A DNA stretch of 32,000 nucleotides, from assembly GCF_000621645.1 (NCBI RefSeq), contig NZ_JHXR01000001.1:90001-122000 (forward strand), in the 5' to 3' direction. A program made the translations under genes and the position numbers. Under the pieces are notes generated by a model. The model searched no databases. It was not told the origin of the DNA and was given only the letters and a program-made list of their open reading frames with translations. Source of the stretch: Vibrio cholerae ATCC 14035 (lineage in GTDB: Bacteria; Pseudomonadota; Gammaproteobacteria; Enterobacterales; Vibrionaceae). The stretch's first letter is position 1; every line of letters begins with the position of its first letter. Below are positions 26,420 through 32,000 of the stretch, in pieces.

Positions 26420-27196
26420 ATGATCGTTTGGAGTGTAGCAAACCAAAAAGGTGGGGTAGGAAAAACCACCACAACGATTACATTGGCAGGCTTATTAAGC
26501 CAGCAGGGTAAGCGTGTCCTGCTGGTTGATACCGATCCACATGCCTCACTGACTACTTATTTGGGGTACGATTCTGATGGTGTACCAGCCAGTTTATTCG
26601 ACTTGTTCCAGTTACGTGAATATAACGAAGCTTCTGTTAAACCTCTGATTTTAAATACTGATATTCAAGGTATTGATCTGATCCCTGCCCATATGTCTCT
26701 TGCGACACTGGATCGTGTCATGGGAAATCGCAGTGGGATGGGGCTGATTTTAAAGCGTGCACTGCTCGCGCTGCGTCATGTTTATGACTATGTACTGATT
26801 GATTGCCCACCTATTTTGGGGGTAATGATGGTTAATGCGTTGGCGGCCAGCGATCGTATTCTTATTCCTGTGCAAACCGAATTTCTGGCGATGAAAGGTC
26901 TAGAGCGTATGGTTCGCACTTTGGCAATTATGCAGAAATCGCGCAGCCGTGAGTTTAAAGTGACTATAGTGCCAACCATGTACGATAAGAGAACGCGCGC
27001 TTCGTTGCAGACATTGAATCAACTGAAAAAGGACTATCCAGACAAAGTTTGGACCTCTGCAGTACCGATTGATACCAAATTTCGTGATGCCAGTTTACAG
27101 CGACTCCCCGCTTCGCATTTTGCAGAGGGGAGCCGTGGCGTTTTCGCTTATAAGCAGCTTCTGCTTTTCTTAGAGAGGCTCGCTATCGATGAGTAG
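26420..27196 (+). CDS. parC: ParA-family ATPase embedded in the che operon (ParC-like, polar chemotaxis-array partitioning)
   Basis: 258 aa with deviant Walker A NQKGGVGKTTT and ParA/Soj-like overall pattern. The position between cheB and a CheW-domain gene matches the V. cholerae ParC/ParP system as I recall it. Confidence 0.8.
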   Translation: MIVWSVANQKGGVGKTTTTITLAGLLSQQGKRVLLVDTDPHASLTTYLGYDSDGVPASLFDLFQLREYNEASVKPLILNTDIQGIDLIPAHMSLATLDRVMGNRSGMGLILKRALLALRHVYDYVLIDCPPILGVMMVNALAASDRILIPVQTEFLAMKGLERMVRTLAIMQKSRSREFKVTIVPTMYDKRTRASLQTLNQLKKDYPDKVWTSAVPIDTKFRDASLQRLPASHFAEGSRGVFAYKQLLLFLERLAIDE

Positions 27197-28205
27197 TGCA
27201 TTGATATCCAGCGAACAAGCGCTGAACGATTATTTTACGGCGCTACTGGATGAAGAAACGGCCGAATTTGAGTCCACTCTCAAGCCTGAACCGGTGTGGG
27301 AGATGGCTCCTGCCATCCAGTCTGTGCCAAATAAAAGTTATTTTGATGCAGAAATTGAAGAGCTTGAGCTGCCTAATCTTGAAGATGTGCAGCGTTTGCT
27401 CAGTCAGTTGGAATCGAGTAATCCAGTAGCCGATCTGGATCTGGAACAGATTCTCGAAGAAAACACGGCAAAAATCGCTAAAATCGACCCCGTTGTTCAG
27501 CCCTGCAGCGTTGTTGAAGAGATCCAAGAGTGGGAAATCGAAACCAGCTATGTTGAGCCGGACATCGAGACGCCAGAGAGTGTTATTGAAGACGATCTCG
27601 AACCAGAGTCTGTGGATACTGAGGCAGAGCGTGAAATTGCGATAGAAACCAGCATCGAGGAACCTGTCGCTGAGGTACCGGTTGTTGAGGCGCAAGCCGT
27701 TCCAGAAACACAAGCTGGGCGCAATAAACTGGGCACTTGGACCAACACGATCCGTGAAAAAGATTTCCAAGTCCTCTATTTTGATGTCAATGGTGTCACT
27801 TTCGCAGTGCCACTCGATGAGTTAGGTGGGATTCATCGTATGACCACACTTAACCATTTAATTGGTCGTCCGGCTTGGTATTTAGGCTTACAAACCAATC
27901 GAGATTCACAACTTGATGTGGTTGATACAGCAAAATGGGTAATGGCTGAGAAGCTGCGTGATGAGAGTTATAAGCAAGCTTATCAGTATATTGTGATGTT
28001 GGGAGAAAGTGCGTGGGGACTTGCCAGCACTCAACTCATGGGCACAGAGTTACTCAGTACAGAAAAAGTGCGATGGCGTGAGCAAGTCGGTAAACGGCCT
28101 TGGCTCGCGGGCATGGTGAAAGAAAAAATGTGCGCTTTGATCCATGTTCAAGCATTGATAGCTATGCTTAATGCAGGGCTTGATGTAAAAGCACTGGAAA
28201 ATTAA
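27189..28205 (+). CDS. parP: CheW-like-domain protein with an acidic low-complexity linker (ParP-like)
   Basis: 338 aa. The ATG overlaps the parC stop (ATGAGTAG). Acidic, Glu/Pro-rich middle region. C-terminal CheW-like region (FQVLYFDVNGVTFAVPLDELGGI ... LIGRPAWYLGL). Confidence 0.72.
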   Translation: MSSALISSEQALNDYFTALLDEETAEFESTLKPEPVWEMAPAIQSVPNKSYFDAEIEELELPNLEDVQRLLSQLESSNPVADLDLEQILEENTAKIAKIDPVVQPCSVVEEIQEWEIETSYVEPDIETPESVIEDDLEPESVDTEAEREIAIETSIEEPVAEVPVVEAQAVPETQAGRNKLGTWTNTIREKDFQVLYFDVNGVTFAVPLDELGGIHRMTTLNHLIGRPAWYLGLQTNRDSQLDVVDTAKWVMAEKLRDESYKQAYQYIVMLGESAWGLASTQLMGTELLSTEKVRWREQVGKRPWLAGMVKEKMCALIHVQALIAMLNAGLDVKALEN

Positions 28206-28243
28206 AACATTGGGTGTCGGAAACGACTCAGAGAGGGAAAGGT

Positions 28244-28738
28244 ATGTCTCAGGCGAATGAAGTGAAAGTCAGAAAAGAAAAGTCGAACGATGAAGTACTT
28301 CAATGGGTGACGTTCCAATTGGAAGAAGAAACGTACGGCATCAACGTAATGCAGGTACGTGAAGTACTGCGCTACACCGAAATTGCTCCTGTACCGGGAG
28401 CGCCTGACTATGTATTAGGTATTATCAACCTGCGTGGTAACGTCGTGACTGTTATCGACACTCGTTCACGTTTTGGTTTGATGCAAGGCGAAATTACTGA
28501 CAATACCCGCATCATTGTGATTGAGTCAGAACGCCAAGTCATCGGAATTCTGGTAGATAGCGTGGCCGAAGTGGTTTACCTACGTTCATCAGAAATTGAC
28601 TCAACCCCAAGTGTGGGCACCGATGAAAGCTCGAAATTTATCCAAGGTGTGAGCAATCGTGATGGCAAACTACTGATTCTGGTGGATCTGAACAAGTTCC
28701 TGACCGATGAAGAATGGGACGAAATGGCTCATATGTAA
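28244..28738 (+). CDS. cheW: Chemotaxis coupling protein CheW
   Basis: 164 aa from ATG 28244 (preceded by GAGAGGGAAAGG). CheW motifs FQLEEETYGINVMQVREVL, GIINLRGNVVTVID and IGILVDSV. The ORF-track GTG start at 28214 is less likely. Confidence 0.92.
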   Translation: MSQANEVKVRKEKSNDEVLQWVTFQLEEETYGINVMQVREVLRYTEIAPVPGAPDYVLGIINLRGNVVTVIDTRSRFGLMQGEITDNTRIIVIESERQVIGILVDSVAEVVYLRSSEIDSTPSVGTDESSKFIQGVSNRDGKLLILVDLNKFLTDEEWDEMAHM

Positions 28739-29217
28739 TGGTTGATTTGATTTGGTTAACCCCTCCTGTAATCGCAGGAGGGTCGGTTTTTGTTGTTTTG
28801 TGCATCATGCTGGCATTGTGGCGTCTTAAACGTGGTCAGCATCGTCAAAGTGAAACCTTGCGCCAACAAATTCGCAATCTGGATCGTGAGCTGCAGAAAT
28901 CCAACAAACAACTGCTTGAAGTGCGTTCGGTGATGGTCGGGCTCGGACAAAAAGTCAGTGAGCAACAAGATATCATTCGCCATCTCAATGAGCGTTTACT
29001 TGAGCTGGAAAATACTGACGCGGATGCGCGTTTGTACACTCGTGCCAGTAAGATGGTGCAACTTGGTGCCGATCTCAATGAACTGATCCAAGAGTGCGAG
29101 CTGCCCAAAGCCGAAGCGGAATTGATGATGTCTTTGCAAAATAAACTGGCGGGTAAGGAATCGATTCCTCCGCTGGAAAGTCATCCCGAAGTTCGAGCCA
29201 ACAAAGCCAAATCATAG
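28738..29217 (+). CDS. Uncharacterised membrane-anchored coiled-coil protein (DUF2802-like), last gene of the fla/che block
   Basis: 159 aa from ATG 28738, which shares one nucleotide with the cheW TAA (TAATG). One N-terminal TM helix (VIAGGSVFVVLCIMLALW), then heptad-like helical sequence. The family assignment is from recollection of conserved che-cluster genes, not from a search. Confidence 0.7.
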   Translation: MVDLIWLTPPVIAGGSVFVVLCIMLALWRLKRGQHRQSETLRQQIRNLDRELQKSNKQLLEVRSVMVGLGQKVSEQQDIIRHLNERLLELENTDADARLYTRASKMVQLGADLNELIQECELPKAEAELMMSLQNKLAGKESIPPLESHPEVRANKAKS

Positions 29218-29319
29218 TATGGCTTATTTCCTTGAAGCCTACTGGTAGCCAACATGACTACAGCTTCAATTAGGAAAAAGATATTCATTTGGATATGGCT
29301 CATGACTGAATGAGTTTTT

Positions 29320-29347
29320 GAAGGAAGCGTAGGCTTCCTTTTTTTAT
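29320..29347 (+). terminator. Rho-independent terminator ending the fla/che transcription unit
   Basis: AAGGAAGC (29321-29328) / GCTTCCTT (29333-29340) with loop gtag, followed by ttttttt. A weaker hairpin with a T-run (ctcat..atgag ttttt) lies about 25 nt upstream. Confidence 0.8.
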
Positions 29348-29590
29348 TCTTCATCGACAGGAACGGATGAATCGTTGAGATGAGGGTTTAGCGCGTTTGA
29401 TATTGTGATATCACGCATGTTTCTCGTTATGGATGGATTATAGTTGTAACTACAAAGGGTTAGATGCGAACAAAACGCGTGAATTTTTAATAGATTCTTA
29501 CTTAGTTTCGTGATTAGTAATAGAGTTCGCGTCTTTAGTCTCCCCCTCGCTGTGTTAATATAGCCGTCCCAACGCTCTTAGTAGATAAGC

Positions 29591-30214
29591 ATGTTAGAAG
29601 TTAAAAATCTCACCGCCATACGTGATGAACGGATTTTATTCGAATCACTCTCTTTTGAGATCCATGCTGGCGAACTCGTTCAAATCGAAGGTCGTAATGG
29701 CACAGGCAAAACGACCTTGTTACGTATTATTGCGGGTCTTGGAGAGTGTGAGTGTGGGGAAATCCTCTGGCAACGGAGCAAAATTCAAAGTGACCGCGAA
29801 AGTTATCATCAAGACTTGCTGTTTTTAGGTCATCAAACCGGCATCAAGCGAGAACTCACCGCACTGGAAAATTTACGTTTTTATCTGGCGGTTCATCAAC
29901 AAACGGTGGATGACCCCGCGATTTTTGAAGCGCTAGCCAAAGTTGGTTTAGCTGGGCGTGAAGATGTGCCGGTTGCACAGTTGTCGGCAGGGCAACAGCG
30001 TCGAGTTGCCTTGGCAAGATTATGGTTAAGTAAAAAGCCACTGTGGATTTTGGATGAACCGCTCACCGCCATCGATAAGCAAGGAGTGAGTGTGCTTGAG
30101 GCGCTCTTTTTAAGCCATGCGCAGCAAGGGGGGATAGTGATACTGACGACTCACCAAGACATGTTTGCCGATAACCCTAAACTGCGCAAAATTCGCTTGG
30201 GTGATCCGAAATGA
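29591..30214 (+). CDS. ccmA: Cytochrome c maturation (heme export) ABC ATPase CcmA
   Basis: 207 aa with Walker [10 protein letters not shown], signature LSAGQQRR and Walker B LWILDEP. It is followed by ccmBCDE. Confidence 0.93.
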   Translation: MLEVKNLTAIRDERILFESLSFEIHAGELVQIEGRNGTGKTTLLRIIAGLGECECGEILWQRSKIQSDRESYHQDLLFLGHQTGIKRELTALENLRFYLAVHQQTVDDPAIFEALAKVGLAGREDVPVAQLSAGQQRRVALARLWLSKKPLWILDEPLTAIDKQGVSVLEALFLSHAQQGGIVILTTHQDMFADNPKLRKIRLGDPK

Positions 30215-30879
30215 TGCCTGCTTTTATTCAGTTTATTCATCGTGAACTTTTAATTGCTTTTCGCCGTCAGGCGGATGTGTTTAACCCTCTGTGGTTTTTT
30301 ATCATCGTGATTACCCTGTTTCCGCTCAGTGTGGGACCAGAACCTGCCTTGTTGGCACGAATTGCGCCGGGGATTGTTTGGGTGGCCGCTTTATTAGCGG
30401 CATTGCTCTCATTGGAGCGTTTATTTCGTGATGATTTTCAAGATGGTGCATTAGAGCAAGCGATGCTGACACCATTACCGCTCTCAGTGGTGGTACTGGC
30501 TAAGGTGACGGCTCATTGGCTACTGACAGGCTTACCGCTGATTTTAATTAGCCCACTACTGGCGATCTTGCTTTCATTTGATAGCTCAGCCTGGCTTGCG
30601 GTAGTGCTGACTCTGTTGCTGGGGACTCCAACACTGAGTTTTATTGGGGCAATTGGGGTGGCACTCACCGTGGGTTTGCAAAAGGGTGGGGTGCTATTGA
30701 GCTTATTGGTTTTGCCGCTCTTCATCCCTGTTTTGATATTTGCGACCTCGGCGATTGATGCGGCGGCATTGGGAATGCCGTATAACGGCCAGCTTGCGAT
30801 TTTAGCGGCTATGCTCATGGGTTCGATGACTCTAACGCCATTTGCGATCAGCGCGGCGTTACGAGTAAGTGTGCATTGA
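30211..30879 (+). CDS. ccmB: Heme exporter permease CcmB
   Basis: 222-aa polytopic membrane protein. ATGA overlap with ccmA. CcmB-like sequence ([30 protein letters not shown]). Confidence 0.92.
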   Translation: MMPAFIQFIHRELLIAFRRQADVFNPLWFFIIVITLFPLSVGPEPALLARIAPGIVWVAALLAALLSLERLFRDDFQDGALEQAMLTPLPLSVVVLAKVTAHWLLTGLPLILISPLLAILLSFDSSAWLAVVLTLLLGTPTLSFIGAIGVALTVGLQKGGVLLSLLVLPLFIPVLIFATSAIDAAALGMPYNGQLAILAAMLMGSMTLTPFAISAALRVSVH

Positions 30880-30969
30880 TTGTTTTCGATCAAGCACGAA
30901 AATACTGCGTTAGATAAATTATAACAACTTAGTTAAAACTCAATAATTTGAAAGCAAAGTGAGATAAAC

Positions 30970-31722
30970 ATGTGGAAATGGCTTCATCCCTATGCCAAAC
31001 CTGATGCCGCTTACCAGCTGTGTGGTAAGTTGTTGCCTTGGTTTGCCAGTTTAGGATTCCTGTTTCTTGCGGTAGGAACGGTGCTCGGTTTGGCCTATGC
31101 ACCTGCGGATTACCAACAAGGGGACAGTTTTCGAATCATCTATATCCATGTTCCCGCAGCGATATGGTCGATGGGGGTTTACATGTCGATGGCCATCGCC
31201 GCATTTATCGGGATAGTCTGGCAACTGCGTATTTCGGATATGGCCGCGTTAGCCATGGCACCCATCGGCGCGGTGTACACCTTTATTGCCCTTATCACTG
31301 GTGCTATTTGGGGCAAACCGATGTGGGGAGCCTGGTGGGTGTGGGATGCGCGTCTCACCTCTGAGCTTGTTCTGCTGTTTCTCTATTTAGGGGTTATTGC
31401 GCTTTATCATGCGTTTGATGACCAAAAAACTGCGGCAAAAGCGGCGGGTATATTAGCCATCGTCGGAGTGATTAACCTGCCTATCATTCACTTCTCCGTT
31501 GAGTGGTGGAACACCTTGCACCAAGGTGCCACGATCACTAAGTTTGCCAAACCATCGATCGCACCAGAAATGTTATGGCCACTGCTCGCTTGTATCTTGG
31601 GTTTTGCGTTCTTTTTTGCTGCATTGACCATGATCCGCTTACGCAATGAAATTTTGAGCCGAGAAAGCCACCGTCCTTGGGTGAGTGAGCTTGCCAACCA
31701 AACCGTGCGAGGAAATCGGTAA
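30970..31722 (+). CDS. ccmC: Heme lyase/chaperone subunit CcmC
   Basis: 250 aa with the W-rich heme-handling motif WGKPMWGAWWVWDARLTS and conserved His residues (IYIHVPAA). Confidence 0.94.
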   Translation: MWKWLHPYAKPDAAYQLCGKLLPWFASLGFLFLAVGTVLGLAYAPADYQQGDSFRIIYIHVPAAIWSMGVYMSMAIAAFIGIVWQLRISDMAALAMAPIGAVYTFIALITGAIWGKPMWGAWWVWDARLTSELVLLFLYLGVIALYHAFDDQKTAAKAAGILAIVGVINLPIIHFSVEWWNTLHQGATITKFAKPSIAPEMLWPLLACILGFAFFFAALTMIRLRNEILSRESHRPWVSELANQTVRGNR

Positions 31723-31928
31723 TGCATTTTGACTCTTTCAGTGATTTTTTAGCGATGGGCGGTTATGCCGCTTACGTTTGGAGTGCTTTCGGTTTGACTT
31801 ATCTTTCCATGGCGATGTTGTGGATCGTCAGCGTTCGACGCAAAACCAAGTTACTCAACCAAGTGCGCGATAAATTGGCGCGTCAGGCGCGTATTGATGC
31901 TGCGAAACATATGGAGAACACACTATGA
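31722..31928 (+). CDS. ccmD: Heme exporter protein CcmD
   Basis: 68-aa single-TM protein ([23 protein letters not shown]). TAATG coupling to ccmC, and it overlaps the ccmE start. Confidence 0.88.
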   Translation: MHFDSFSDFLAMGGYAAYVWSAFGLTYLSMAMLWIVSVRRKTKLLNQVRDKLARQARIDAAKHMENTL

Positions 31929-32000
31929 ACCCAAGACGTAAAAAGCGGCTCGGTGTTGTTTTGGCCATTCTATTTGGCCTTAGCGCGACCATTGGGCTCA
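31925..32000 (+). CDS. ccmE: Cytochrome c-type biogenesis heme chaperone CcmE (partial; 5' end only)
   Basis: My translation from ATG 31925 reads [25 protein letters not shown].., the typical CcmE N-terminal anchor. ATGA overlap with ccmD. The ORF runs off the window end. Confidence 0.8.
   Translation, partial: MNPRRKKRLGVVLAILFGLSATIGL

Noticed and set aside
27243-27770. 175-aa minus-strand ORF antisense to the parP-like gene.
   Set aside because: It is generated by the GAA/GAG-rich acidic linker on the sense strand. The product is Phe/Leu/Asn-rich with no domain-like features.
29232-29275. Hairpin cTTGAAGC...GCTTCAAt after the DUF2802 gene, whose arm resembles the ACTTGAAG end of the ERIC-like elements.
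   Set aside because: Only the 7-8-nt arm is shared. The roughly 26-nt interior shows no similarity to the ERIC-like core, so I cannot call it a third or truncated copy.
1-32000. Looked for a defence island, mobile element, CRISPR array, prophage or toxin-antitoxin module, prompted by the suggestion of a novel system.
   Set aside because: Every sizeable ORF has a confident housekeeping, flagellar or chemotaxis assignment. I saw no integrase, transposase or recombinase genes, no tRNA or att-like flanks, and no regularly spaced direct repeats. AT-rich stretches are confined to intergenic regulatory spacers.

Overview
This window looks like conserved core chromosome of Vibrio cholerae or a very close relative. 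From memory, the gene order matches the chromosome 1 stretch around locus tags VC2083 down to about VC2053; I could not run a search to confirm this.

Gene content, left to right:
- znuB (partial) and znuC on the minus strand, divergent from znuA across a Zur-box-like palindrome.
- A 1,100+ aa membrane-bound AraC-family regulator with a periplasmic propeller-type sensor, which I recognise as TfoS.
- A 770-bp ORF-free spacer. It holds a strongly terminated minus-strand small RNA candidate (TfoR-like), repeated ACGACAA motifs, a TTGAC cluster and a Fur-box-like site.
- feoABC, a HIT-family gene, argS, yecM, an M16 insulinase-family peptidase and sixA.
- A 12.8-kb co-directional, tightly packed flagellar/chemotaxis block: flhA, flhF, flhG, fliA, cheY, cheZ, cheA, cheB, parC-like, parP-like, cheW and a DUF2802 gene.
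- ccmABCD and the start of ccmE.

I see no integrase, transposase, CRISPR array, tRNA, rRNA, toxin-antitoxin pair or defence-island signature, and I cannot support a claim of an undescribed multi-gene system here.

Observations worth a second look:
- The TfoS/TfoR-like regulator and sRNA pair with its promoter repeats.
- Two ERIC/IRU-like ~125-bp palindromic elements. One sits in the feoABC 3' UTR; the other lies between a sigma54-type promoter and flhA.
- A CheA whose P1-P3 linker has no obvious globular P2 domain. It carries three to four short repeats resembling the CheY-binding C-terminal peptide of the adjacent CheZ.
- A conserved uncharacterised DUF2802 gene translationally coupled to cheW.

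Start codons were re-evaluated by hand. Several ORF-track starts appear to be upstream TTG/GTG over-extensions.
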